From Eledone cirrhosa (taxonomy: Eukaryota): DNA of 64,000 nt. How positions within the stretch are numbered: the stretch's first letter is position 1; each line of letters starts with the position of its first letter. The stretch spans positions 78,678,001 to 78,742,000 of the forward strand of contig OZ024741.1 of assembly GCA_964016885.1 (NCBI GenBank), in the 5' to 3' direction. The notes below the pieces were generated by a model that was not told the DNA's origin, searched no databases, and saw only the letters and a list, made by a program, of their open reading frames with translations. Both the position numbers and the translations under genes were made by a program. This document shows positions 25,355-39,351 of this stretch, piece by piece.

Positions 25355-25644
25355 AAAATAAAAATGTTAATGGCCAAAATGACAGTATTTAATATATAGA
25401 TAATTACATATACACATACATATATATATATATATATACATTCACATCTGCATTCACATCTGCGGGATCTTCTGAAACTCAGTGAGTTTCAGAAGATCCC
25501 GTTAAGGGTGAAAGCAGCGATTCTTTGCTTAAACTTTAATCTATTATTTTAATAAATATTTGCTCTATGGTTTTATATATTTTGATATGTATATATTATC
25601 CTTATAGACTCCTCTTCGGATTTTAGTCTTCACATTTATTATTG

Positions 25645-25706
25645 TATTTTATCTGATGAAAGCGTATCAATGTGTCTGGTACCCTTGAAATATATATAAT
25701 AAAATA
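25645..25706 (+). ncRNA. Type I hammerhead in the pseudo-LTR upstream of a Naiad-type RT
   Basis: tattttat-CTGATGA-aagcgtatca..tggtaccctt-GAAA-tatata-TA-ataaaata. Confidence 0.85.
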
Positions 25707-25933
25707 AATATGGTTTTATAAATATAGTTTCCATTTATTTAATATCATTGAATATTTACTCCAGTAAACTGTTGAGTGCTCTAAATAATTAGTTATAAAC
25801 ATTTATATTTGTTGGACTTCCAACAAATTAAATACCCCTTCTACTTATAAATAGCTCCTTTAATGTTGAGCACTTTAAATTATAACTGATTGCTAAATAA
25901 TGGAATTCTTTAGGATTTCTTCTTCTCTAAAAG

Positions 25934-27160
25934 ATGTACCTTTACCTAAGATTAGGCATCGAAAATAAGACCGAACCCTTTATACCTAGAAGACCGAAAA
26001 TTAACCTGAAAGACCACAAAAGAAACTTTGAAATAGAACTACCAGTCAGACTTATAGCACCATCTAAATCAGACTTAGGCATAGTTAGTAAACATATATT
26101 AGATAGAATAAAGAAATATCTTACCTAAAACTATGGAACGGTACTAACGAGGTTAAAGATTGGTTCAATAACATAAAATTTAAACATAGCAAAAAATTCA
26201 TACAAATGGATATTGCAAACTACTACTCCCCTATTACTCCTAGTTTACTTAATAAAGCTCTTATCTATGCATCTAAACATACAGATTTATCTAGCGAATA
26301 AATGCATATTATTTTAACTGCACGGAAAACTTTAATTGAATTCAACAATTATCTCTGGACAAGAGCCGATAAAAAAATAATTTTGATATCACCATGGGAT
26401 CATCTGACTCGGCGCAAATAACGGATCTTGTGGGGCTATTTATTAATAATACACTGCATAGAAAAATACCAGAGATGACCGGTTGTTTATATCGTGATGA
26501 TATGCTATTTTTAATTGAAAACCATAGTAATTGTGAAATTAATAAGAAAAGAAAATCCATAAAACAGTTCTTCAATAGCTACAACCTTAAGTTAGAAATA
26601 GAGAATAACTATAAAATTGTAAACTTTTTAGACTAACATTAAACCTTAACACAGGGCTCTACTATCCATTCCATAAAATTAATGAGAATCTAAACTATAT
26701 AAGTTTTAACTCTAATCATCCAGAACACTATCGTCAATTCTGTCCAACAACGGATTTCACGCATCTCCGCTAATAAAACATTTTTGACGATAGGCAGAAT
26801 ATTATAATGAAGCTTTAAATAGAGCAGGGTATATAAATAGGATTAAATACATCGACAACACTAATAAGGCAAATAACCCTACTATTAATTGTAATAATAA
26901 TAAAATATTTAACTTAAACTCTAAAACTAACAGAAGAACTAGGACTAGAAATATTATTTGGTACTCACCCCCTTCTCATTAAGCGTAAAAACACCTTTAG
27001 CAAAGCTATTCTTTAAAGCACTAGATAAATGTTTTTCTAAAGCCCACAGATACCACTCAATCTTTAACAGACATACTATAAAACTATCCTACTCTACTAC
27101 TATGAACATAGCACAAAATATAAATAGAATTAATAATAGAAATTTAAACCCTAACCAAAA
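25934..27160 (+). pseudogene. Penelope-like (Naiad-type) reverse transcriptase, disrupted
   Basis: INLKDHK..PVRLIAPSKSDLG.VSK.ILD, IQMDIANYY, MGSSDSAQITDLVGLFI, LYRDD, VNFLD, PFS.SVKT, IFNRHTIKLSYS. Contains stops and frameshifts. Confidence 0.9.
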
Positions 27161-27237
27161 TAACCCACTCTACTACCCTAAGTATTGAGTACTCTGGTGC
27201 GTTATGGTCCATCTGGTTCCTTACCACAACTCCTCCG

Positions 27238-28571
<1,334 letters not shown>

Positions 28572-28579
<8 letters not shown>

Positions 28580-29142
28580 ATACTTTGGGAGGGTCATGTT
28601 GCCAATAAGAAACACACGCACCAGTTGCTTTCACTTCAATTTATTATACATTTATAAATTTATAAGTTTATAAATTTATAAATTTCTGGTTGGTTGGTTG
28701 GTTCCACAACCAGATAGTTGTTTATATATAGTCATAGTTCTTTCGTCACACACTCTGTGACCTCTTCAGTGACTGGGGATTCCCTTCTTTGTTTCTGTGC
28801 CTCTCCTTTGTTCTGTCCTACGCCATTTTGTTTCTGTGTGTGTGTTGTGTGCTCAGTCTGCGCATGCGCCACATCCGGGTGTCTGTGTGTGTTTATGTTC
28901 ATTTATTTATTCGTTTATTTACATGTTACTGGTTGGTTGTTTGTTCTATGTGTGTGTGTGTTTTCATTTTGTTTTGTCCTTAACTGTAAGTTGTGATGTT
29001 GCTGTTCCACTCATATTTTCTATTTAATTTTGGTTGTAATTCTTTTATGTTTATTGCCTCTGTAATTTGTCTAAACATATATCGGTTTCAACACACGATT
29101 TCAGATAAAGAATCTTGCTAAACAAGTTCAGAAATGAAATAC
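28572..29142. mobile_element. Penelope-type family F4 pseudo-LTR (minus) with inverted terminal piece; relatives at 23051-23160 and 34815-35232
   Basis: Shared tgggagggtcatg.tgccaataa.aacacacgcacc and tttcaacaca..ttcagataa blocks. Confidence 0.7.
28731..28773 (-). ncRNA. Type I hammerhead (F4)
   Basis: gtca-CTGAAGA-ggtcaca-gagtg-tgtgac-GAAA-gaac-TA-tgac. Confidence 0.8.
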
Positions 29143-29152
29143 ATATATATAC

Positions 29153-29391
<239 letters not shown>

Positions 29392-29821
29392 ACTCTCCTT
29401 ATTATCCTTGCTTTCATATTTCTCCTTGCTCCCTTTTTCTCATCGTATTTGTATATAAACAAGTACATAGATACAAGGAGAAGGGGAGATCAATGAGAAA
29501 AGGAGAACAAGGAGAAAATGAGAGCATGAATAAAAGGAGAGCAAGGAGAGCAAGGATAGCAATGAGAAAAGGAGAGCAAAAAGAGCAAGGGGAGCAAGGA
29601 TAGGAAGGAGAGAAATTGGGGAGGGGCCGGGAAGAAGATGAGAAATGAGGAAGAGGAGGAAGGGGAGGAATTGGATGATGAGGAGGAGAGGAGCATATAT
29701 ACATATATCAGTATGTGGTTATATATATAACGAAGGAAGTGTGGTAAGGAACCAGATGGAGCATAAAGCACGAGAGTACTCAATATTTAGGGTAGTAGAG
29801 TGGGCAATAGCAAAATGTTTA

Positions 29822-29916
29822 ACCCCGACGGCAGAGCTCAAGCCGTTTCGACGGCTATTTCTGGACTAAATTAGAATTTTTAGTGTGGTAATAACTAGCC
29901 GAACTTTTCAAGGGGT
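29822..29916 (-). ncRNA. Type I hammerhead (F2), U3-A8 variant
   Basis: acccc-TTGAAAA-gttcggcta..tagccgtc-GAAA-cggc-ttgagctct-gccg-TC-ggggt. Confidence 0.8.
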
Positions 29917-31130
29917 AATTCCTTATATGGGAAGATTGCAGTTGTCAAAAGGGTTGGTCAAAATTTCTTGTTAACACAATTAAATCTTTCATGGCGGTCG
30001 GTGGGAGGTGGAGTGGCTGAACTTGCCTGTAGAACGATGAGGGCGTGGGTGGAGCCGGTCAAGCGTTGAAAGTGAATTCTATACACCAAATTCTAAGGAG
30101 TGTGTATGAAATTAGGCTAGGTAGAAAGCAGGCGAAAAAGAAATCCGAGAGTGGGACGATATAGAATTAAAAGGTTAATAAATTGAGATTAAAAGAAAAA
30201 GGTAATAAAAAAATTAAATAGTAAAAAATAATAAAGAAAAATCTCTAGAGTCTAAAGCAGTTGCTATATTTTTAGGTGGTATTGCGTTTTCGGCCAATGC
30301 TATATATAATTTACTGGAGTGGGGGTACTGAGGCTACAAAAGCTCGATGGGCTGCCTCAGGGTAGACGAAAGAGGAAAAAGGGAAAGGAAGAGGAGAAGG
30401 AGTGGAAGGAAGTGATAAGAAGAGATAAGGGGGAAAAGAAAAAGAAGTACATCTACTTATATATGCTGGGGTTTTCCCTATCTTGTCCTATTTGTAGGAC
30501 TTACCTCGCCCTCAAACCCCCTCATGACCCGGGTGGGTAGACAATGGCTGCAACATCCTTCTTTTCCCCACTTGCCGAACAAGATAGGGGAAACCCCAAC
30601 ATACATGGGTAGATGTACTTCTTTCCTTTTTCCCTGTATCTCTTCTTATCACTTCCTTCCACTCCCCCTCCTCTTCCTTTTCCTTTTTCCTCTTTCGTCT
30701 ACTCTGAGGCAGCCCATCGGGCTTTTTTAGCCTCAGTACCCCCACCCCAGTAAATTCTATATAGCTTTGGCCGAAAACGCAATACCAGCTAAAAATATAG
30801 CAACTGCTTTTTTTTATTACTTTTTAATATTTAATTTTTTTATTACCTTTTTCTTTTAATCTCAATTTATTAACCTTTTAATTCTATATCGTCCTACTCT
30901 CAGATTTCTTTTTCGTCTGCTTTCTACTTAGCCTAATTTCATACACACTCCTTAGAATTTGGTGTATAGAATTCACTTTCAACGCTTGACCGGCTCCACC
31001 CACTCCCCCATTGTTCTACTGGCAAGTTCAGACACCCCCTCCTCCCACACACGCCATGAAGATTTAATTGTGTTTACAAGAGATTTTGACCAATCCTTTT
31101 AGCAACTACAATCTTCCCATATAAGGAATT

Positions 31131-31226
31131 ACCCCCTTGAAAAGTTCGGTTATTTATTAGCACGCTAAAAATTCTAATTTAGTCCAGAAATAGACGTCAA
31201 AACGGATTGAGCTCTGCCGTCGGGGT
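31131..31226 (+). ncRNA. F2 hammerhead, probably inactive (GAAA to AAAA)
   Basis: Right-arm copy with G12A and stem mismatches. Confidence 0.6.
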
Positions 31227-31236
31227 TAAATATTTT

Positions 31237-31287
<51 letters not shown>

Positions 31288-31288
<1 letters not shown>

Positions 31289-33460
31289 GTAGGAGGTGAG
31301 TTTTATTGTAGTACAATAAAGCATATATTACCCTTACCATAAAAACAATGAGAACCTAAATTATGTTAACTTTAAATCTAACCATCCTACTAATATCAAG
31401 AATGCTATAGTTAGTAATATTGGAAAAAGAATATCTAACCTATCTTCTAATAAAAACATCTTTGATGCTAACGCCAATTACTATAATAACGCGCTTTCTA
31501 AAGCCGGCTATCCTGATAAAATTAAATATAGTAAAGAAACAAATTCTAGAAGAAATTACAGTAGATTAATTAATCCTGATCATTCCAATAACTTTAATAA
31601 AAGACCTAGATACAAAAACATAATCTGGTATAATGCTCCTTTCTCCATCTCTATTAATAACAATATTCCTAAATTATTCTTTAGTGCCTTAAATAAATGC
31701 TTCCCTCCCTCACATATCTATAGTAAAATATTTAACAAACACACTATAAAATTTTCCTATTCGACATCCTCCAACATTTCCAACATTATCTCTAAACACA
31801 ACAATAAAATACTAAATACTAAATCTCGTCCTTCCAACACTGAATATCATAATAATAGTACTCCCGACGTCATTGTAAACCCTAGGCTAATTTCTACAAC
31901 CCCAAATACAACGTCAAACACAACTTCGCTAAATGTTCTTAATCCCATTCTAAATCAAGAAACTATTATTCCTATCGCAAATAACTTCTCCAATCCAATT
32001 CCTTCTATAGATAACACTAGGTCACTCATTAATAATCTCTCTAATCGCAATTGCAATTGCCCTACTAAAAATAAATGTCCTCTCAACAACCATTGTCTTG
32101 ATAAAAACTTAATTTACGAATGTAAAGTTATAACTGACACCAATTCCTTCACCTATTTTGGCTCCACTTCCACCTCTTTTAAAGCTCCTCTTTATAACCA
32201 TCATTCGTCTTTTAAATACAAACTTAAAAGAACCAACACGGCTCTCTCAGAACTCATATGGTCCTTGAAAGACAAAAATATTAAATATAGCATCTTTTGG
32301 AAGAAGGTTTCTTCTGCGTCTCCATACTTGAACAGTTCTCTATCCAAAATTTGCAATCTCTGTCTAAATGAAAAATTTACCATTATTTCTAATTTAGATT
32401 CTATAATAAATAGACGCACTGACTTGTTTTCTATCTGCTTGCATAAATTCCATAAAACATTTCACAAAGTATACAGCTAATATTCAATTCTTTATCAATT
32501 TAGAATCTTTTTCTCAAAGGCACATATATATATATATATACACTTCTTTTAAAAATATACCCATCTTTCTACCTTATTTCAAAGGTTATTATACATTCTA
32601 TAATACTTGTTACTCATTCTACATCGCTCCTATTTATCACTTCCCTTTCTTCTCTTCTTCCTTTAATGTCTAACCCCTAATCTGTACCTTTTCTCATTCT
32701 TGCCTAACATAGAATCAATTATTACATAATACAATACATTCTTACTCTATATCACCTTGTAAAAATCCTTCATAAACATATACATTTTTTTGACGTTAGA
32801 TTATTCATCCTCAATTCATTATTCTTTTCTCCCTTTCATCTAACTCATTCATGCATATTTCCTTACTTAAATAACCTGTTGTTCCTTTTAATAATACATA
32901 TCAACATTTTCTTAACATCGCACATATTATTAAACCCTTAAACATTATTCTCAATACATATTAACATTTTCTTTTTTCATCGCACATATTATCAAACCCC
33001 TCAATATACAAACCTTAACTTTACATTATTTTTCTCTTCGTTAATTTTCAAATTCTTTTAATTTATACATTATCTTCCAACGGTTTTCAAACCCTCTATG
33101 TAAAACAATATATCTTTCTCAGTTATAAAAGCTATCTCTCTCTCTCTATCACCCATCTCTCCTCCTATCTCATCCTTCCTCATTATACTCCTCCCTCTCC
33201 ACTTTTTACTCTCATCTCCTCCTCTTTTTCATCCTTTCCATCCCCCCCTCTAAATAAAATATTTTTCCCAATATCACACATCAATCTAAAACTACTTCTC
33301 ATATGTTGATTTAAAACTGAACTATCCACAAGTGATTTTTAACCTTCATATCATGTCTTCATGTTTTATCTGATGAAAACACAAATATTATTGCATGATG
33401 ATATTTGTTTTTGAAATGCGCATAATAAAATACATGGAACTCTTTTAACCATCTTTTGTT

Positions 33461-33465
<5 letters not shown>
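31288..33465 (+). mobile_element. 5'-truncated Naiad-type Penelope (F1): RT C-terminus, GIY-YIG and 3' UTR, preceded by a 35-bp inverted tail
   Basis: Open frame 31326-32480 (385 codons, no start): YYPYHK..IIWYNAPFS..CNC..CPL..CL..LIY..YFGST..FKAP..H..CNLCLNEK..CLH. 31288-31323 is the reverse complement of the extreme 3' tail. Confidence 0.92.
33362..33432 (+). ncRNA. Type I hammerhead (F1)
   Basis: tgttttat-CTGATGA..GAAA-tgcgca-TA-ataaaata. Confidence 0.88.
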
Positions 33466-33513
<48 letters not shown>

Positions 33514-33912
33514 TATGTATATGTACATTTGCTGGGGTTGCTTGGATGTGTCCACATAAATTTCTCTAAAAAGAAAAAAGAAAATGGCCCAGATAGGGAA
33601 CAGTATACCTACGAAGCTGTGTCCCTATTAGTGCATTGAAAGCCACAAGCAGTCACTAGTAACAGGGGGCGCGTGATCTCCTACTACATGCAACGGCAAT
33701 GAACGACAGACTCACGTGGGGGTCAATTGTTGAGTCTATTTCGGATGATGATGATGGTGATACCGATTTTGAACAGAATTAATCGTTGCGTATACTATGT
33801 TCCAAATTCAAGGCGTTTGAGAGTCGCCTAACCGTTGTCCGATTAAGCTGAAAGTTTGCAGACCTCGTTTCGTTGATGATTGAAACAGTATTAGTGGGTG
33901 GGAGCCATCCTA

Positions 33913-33985
<73 letters not shown>

Positions 33986-34124
33986 TACAGCATTAACGAA
34001 GCTTTAGAACACGGCCAAGCTAACGAATGCAGAATCGGTCTGTAGCTTTAGCACTCAGATGGGGAAAAGAACCCCAGAGTAATAACAATACGTTCAAACA
34101 GCTTAGCAAATCAGATATAGCGGT

Positions 34125-34222
<98 letters not shown>

Positions 34223-34383
34223 GTGTGTGTGTGTATAAATATATATCCGAAGCTAAATTCTAATTTGGGCCAACTTATACAGCTTTATATGTAAATGAGA
34301 TTAATCACCTCATTTACACAGACGAAAAAACTATATATTTTCGTCTGTTTTCAAAGTACGGCAATTGTAAGAGCGGGAGGGAC

Positions 34384-34428
34384 CGTCTTGACGAGAACCA
34401 GTTCAGTTCAGTTCGAAATGCATCGACG
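34384..34428 (+). ncRNA. Type I hammerhead, U3/G8 core
   Basis: cgtc-TTGACGA-gaac..gttc-GAAA-tgca-TC-gacg. Confidence 0.65.
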
Positions 34429-34568
34429 ATTGACTCCTTGCTTCTGCCGAACACCGCTCAGTGGAGTTGGCTGCCAGTGGTATTCATAGCTATGGCTTTC
34501 TAAATGCTTATTTATAAACATACCGTATTTCTTTAGAAATAAGGAATTTAAATACACACACACACGCA

Positions 34569-34611
<43 letters not shown>

Positions 34612-34814
34612 ACGCACACACACATATATATATATATATATGTAGAGAGAGAGAGATATTGAACCCCTAACATACACAACATATACCTACAAAAATTTGC
34701 ACTTACCTATATACATACATATTTATGTGTACAAAACAGCTCAGCTGTACATGGATACAAATACATAACCCATATATATATATATACTCCTAGGTCTCAA
34801 TTCATTTTTATACA

Positions 34815-35232
34815 TATGGGAGGGTCATGCTGCCAATAAAAACACACGCACCTGTTGGTTTCCACTTCAATTTATTATAAATTTCCGGTTGGCTGGTTCG
34901 AAAACCGGATGGTTGTTTATATATTGTCAAAGCTTTTTCGTCACCTCAGTGACTGGGTTCTTATTTTGAGTCTCTTCAAATATACAAACCCAGTCACTGA
35001 GGAGGTCACAGAATGTGTGACGAAAGAGCTTTGACAATATATTAACACCCATCTAGTTATCGAACCAACCAACCAACCGGAAATTTATAATAAATTGAAG
35101 TGAAAACCAACAGGTGCAAGTGTTTATTATTTTTTTTTTTGGCAGCATGATCCTCCCAAAGTATAACAATATATGTTTCAACACATGTTTTCAGATAAGA
35201 AATCTTGCAAAACAAATAAAAAAATGAAGGAA
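34815..35232. mobile_element. F4 inverted-repeat insertion; HHR at 34993-35035 (+), left-arm HHR with stem II deleted
   Basis: gtca-CTGAGGA-ggtcaca-gaatg-tgtgac-GAAA-gagc-TT-tgac. Arms at 34817-34958 and 34987-35158. Confidence 0.8.
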
Positions 35233-35345
35233 TATGTGCGCGCGCGTGTTTATCTCTCTTTCTCTCTCTCTCCGTATATATATGTATATATATAAAATAA
35301 AGTTAAATAAAAAAGTCAAATGATTAAAATTTAGCTTCGTTTATT

Positions 35346-35400
35346 ACTGCTATATATATTTCAGTGACAGCCATCTTTGGCTGTGACCTCTTCAGGCAGT
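35346..35400 (-). ncRNA. Type I hammerhead
   Basis: actgc-CTGAAGA-ggtcacagcc-aaagat-ggctgtcact-GAAA-tatata-TA-gcagt. Confidence 0.85.
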
Positions 35401-36953
35401 TTGAATTAGTATGGTATAGACAAGTACATATGTTGTTTAGGTGTATAATATTGTCAATACTCTGATATGCCCAGTTCCTTGTTTGGTTGTTAATTCACTG
35501 AGGAACTGGAGTCATGTGAATTCAAACAAACGAATTTCAGTGTCAAAGGTCCCCTTCTCCTCTCATTGGTCAGTTAATAGAACATTCCTCATTCTAAGTG
35601 TTGTTATTGTTGGAGTTAGCTTAAAAATTGATAAAATGGTAGGAGGGACAAGGTGTTAAAGGAACAAAATAACAAAAAAAGTGTCAAACTTCCCATTGGT
35701 CAGTTCTGAGAGCATTCCTCAGTCAGAAGTCTATAGAATTCTTTCTGGGGTGAGGCTCCCTAGGGAGCCAAACCAACCTGCGCACTTCGTCGAGTGCTCC
35801 AGCCTGCATACTGAGGTGTTGGTATACAACCAACATAAACTCAAAATCTATGTATATATATATATATATATATACGGAGAGAGAGAGAGAAAGAGAGATA
35901 CACGCGCGCGCGCGCGCACATATTCCTTCAGACATACTAAGTGGGGTCATATGCCCAGTTAAAGAGAGGGTAGGAGAAGCGATGTAGAGAATTTATAATT
36001 ACTCATTTCTATTGTTCAGAATCTGACATTGAGATTTAAAAAAAACGGTTCTGGAACAGATAAACAGCAAGACTTTTGTTTCCTTTATTTGCGTAATCAA
36101 GAATTTATCATTGAATATTGTAATTTGTTTTTGACCTAATGAGATCAGAAACCCATGTAGCTAAGGAAGTAAAATTGTTAAGTTTATCATTTTTAAATGA
36201 AGTTAAGATGGTAGTAATAACGGCTTTTAAATGAGGTAGCTGTAGCTACTATATGAAATGTAGTAGAGTTAGGTGAGCGTACAGTGCATTTATATACAAT
36301 ACTTTTTGCAAGGCAAAATCAATTCAGAGGACAATTGCTAAGTGCTCTGCAATTACATTTCTGGTTAGATGTTGTATTTATAGTGGAGGAGAAATGAGAC
36401 CCATAACTAAAAGATCTGTAGGTATGGTCCTGAATATTACTATTGAATTGATTATGTGTATCCGAAGTGTTAATAATATTATTTAGAACATTATTTATAG
36501 AGTTGTTAGAAGTAAGATGCTATAAAAAAATTTATGTTTTTATGCTTTTTCATTATTTCTTTTTTCTCACATAAGTTACTTGTAAGATCCCTTATATCAC
36601 ACTTGAAACATGTGTAAAGCATTGAACTTATGTAGAATTTCGATTCCATCTTTCTATTTGCTTATATATACTCTGTGTTTACACTTATCTTTCAATACCT
36701 TTTTCCTTAAAAGTATTTATTTTTCTTCCAGACTATATTACATAAATATATAGAGCTCACTCTGAAAATATTGGGCGATTATCTAATCTTATATGTAACT
36801 CTCTACATACAAATTGAGTTATATATTGTCTTACCCTTGTCTTACCACACACACACACATATATATATATAATAGTAAAGGTAGAGTACCAGGAAAAACA
36901 AATGTCTAGGTAGGAAGTAAAGGTTAGAAGTGAAAAATTTATTTAGAGTTCGT

Positions 36954-37057
36954 TCCTTAACATATGTTTCTGTACAATATCAGTCTGCGAGTGCTAACTG
37001 CATAGTACTGTTCTCAAACGCAAGCATTACATAAAATATTGGACTTCATCAGAAAGA
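36954..37057 (-). ncRNA. Type I hammerhead with long stem II
   Basis: tcttt-CTGATGA-agtccaatat..atattgtaca-GAAA-catatg-TT-aagga. Confidence 0.7.
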
Positions 37058-37433
37058 GTATATTCTTTTATTTCTTCAATTGGTTCCTTTTCGATTACTA
37101 ACTTTCGTTATCTTCAAATTTCTAATTTTTTTCCCATTTGTTATCTATTTATTTGTATTAATTTTTCTACTTGTATATTTTCATCTTTGATTGTGAATCT
37201 TATTATCCATTCTTTGGCCCAGTATCCAAAAAATTTCAACCTTTATATATATCTTCAAAATAAAGATTCTCGCTCATTGTTTCTGAGGAAGACGATGAGA
37301 TGGATCTATAGTGTCGAGGCTAATAATATGGAGTTATATAACTATTATCGATTAGTCACTATATCGATTCATCGTGATCAATCAACGCTCTAAAAATTAA
37401 GCCCTAAACATTGTCTGTTATATCCATGGTTCA

Positions 37434-37475
<42 letters not shown>

Positions 37476-37988
37476 GTAAGTATGAATTAACGTTAGGACA
37501 GATGGTACATAATCGTATTCATTGGATAATACGTATTTCAGTGGGACTAGTGAGAAGCAGCTATGCGATCATTGCAACAGCAGCCGGCACCGGTGTGACA
37601 TCATCGGATGTTAATAGAATTATGTGAAGGAGTTGATGTGTCGCAAGCAATGCTTCCATGTTAGCGAAAAAATCCAGTTAACACTGATCATTAATAATAT
37701 CATGTCCTGGTGGTTAGGCGACCACATAGTCTCCGATAACAGGGAAATGGTAATCTTGAAGGAAAGAGCTGCTGCCGTGTCTGAGCGGAGGAGGAGTAGT
37801 AGACCCGATCAATATTTAACTAGTACTTTATTTTATCGACCTCGAATGTATGAAAAGCAAAATTCACCTCGGCGGGATTTAAATTCAGAATGCAAAGTAC
37901 CTCATGTCATGACACTCTAACGATGCTTCCAATAGACTGTTCTCTCCCACTCTTTCTCTCTCTATATATACATTTATGTGTATTGATT

Positions 37989-38019
<31 letters not shown>

Positions 38020-38049
38020 AGATCAAAAGATGGTTAAAGGAGTTCAATA

Positions 38050-38120
38050 TATTTTATTATGCGCATTTCAAAAACAAACATCATCAAACAATAATATTTG
38101 TGTTTTCATCAGATAAAACA
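38050..38120 (-). ncRNA. Type I hammerhead (F1)
   Basis: Reverse complement of 42907-42977. Confidence 0.88.
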
Positions 38121-39351
38121 GGAGAACATGATATGAAGGCTAAAAAAAACACTTGTTGATAGTGCAGTTTTAAATCAACATATGAAAAGTGGTTTTAGAT
38201 TGATGTGTGATATTGGGAAACATATTTTATTTAGAGAGGGGGGGAGAGAAAAGGATGAAAAGGGAAGGAGATGAGAGGGAGAGATGGGTGATAGAGAGAA
38301 AGAGATAGTTTTTATAACAGAGAGGAGATATATTTTATATAGAGGGGTTGAAAACCGTTGGAAGATACTGTATAAATTAAAAATTTTGAAAATTAACGAA
38401 GGGAGGATATGTGCGAGGAAAAAATATATTATATTTAGGGAGGGGTGGGGGTGGAAAGGATGAAAAAAAGGGGAGGAGATGAGAGTGAAGGTGGAAAGGG
38501 AGAGATGGGTGATAGAGAGAAAGAGATAGTTTTTATAACTGAGAAAAAGATATAATGTTTTAATATAGAGAGGTTGGGAACCGTTGGAAGATAATGTATA
38601 AATTAAAGGAATTTGAAAATTAACGAAGGGAAATTATGTATGGAGATAGAGAGAAAAAAATAACGAAGGGAGATTATGTATGGAGATAGAGAGAAAAAAA
38701 ATAATAATTGTGGGTGAATATTCAAAAGGAGAAATGTAGGAATTTTAAAATTAGCAAAGAGAAAAAGTTTATGTATAGGATTTGAGAAAAATAATGTGAA
38801 GTTAGAGTTTTTATATTGAATTCATATGTATTAATAATGAGTTCGTTGATGGGGAGAAAAAAATAATAATAAATTAAGGATGAAATTGAGATTAAAAAGA
38901 TTTATGATAGAGAGAAAAAATAATAATGATTGCGGATGAATACTCAAAATGTCAAAAACAAATGTTATTGTTTTACGAGGAGATATAATGAGGGTGATGA
39001 GTAAACGGGTATTATAGAGTGTATAATGCCCTTTAAAGTAAGGTAGATGGGTATATTTTAAAGAATATATGAGTATATATTAAAAAAAATATATAATAAT
39101 AAATTAAGGATGAAATTGAGATTAAAAAGATTTATGATAGAGGGAAAAAAAATAATAATGATTGCGGATGAATATTCAAAATGTCAAAAACAAATGTTAT
39201 TGTTTTACGAGAAGATAGGATGAGGTAAATGAGTAAACGAGTACTATAGAGTGTATAATGCCCTTTAAAGTAAGGTAGATGGGTATATTTTAAAGAGGTG
39301 TATGTATATGTGCCTTTGAGAAAAGATTCTAAATTGATAAAGAATTGAATA

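Larger units (their letters stand above)
29728..31241. mobile_element. F2 inverted-repeat insertion (arms ~29807-30490 and ~30577-31241, visibly diverged)
   Basis: Arms are reverse-complementary, the F2 tail is only on the left, and (TA)n flanks both sides. Confidence 0.85.
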
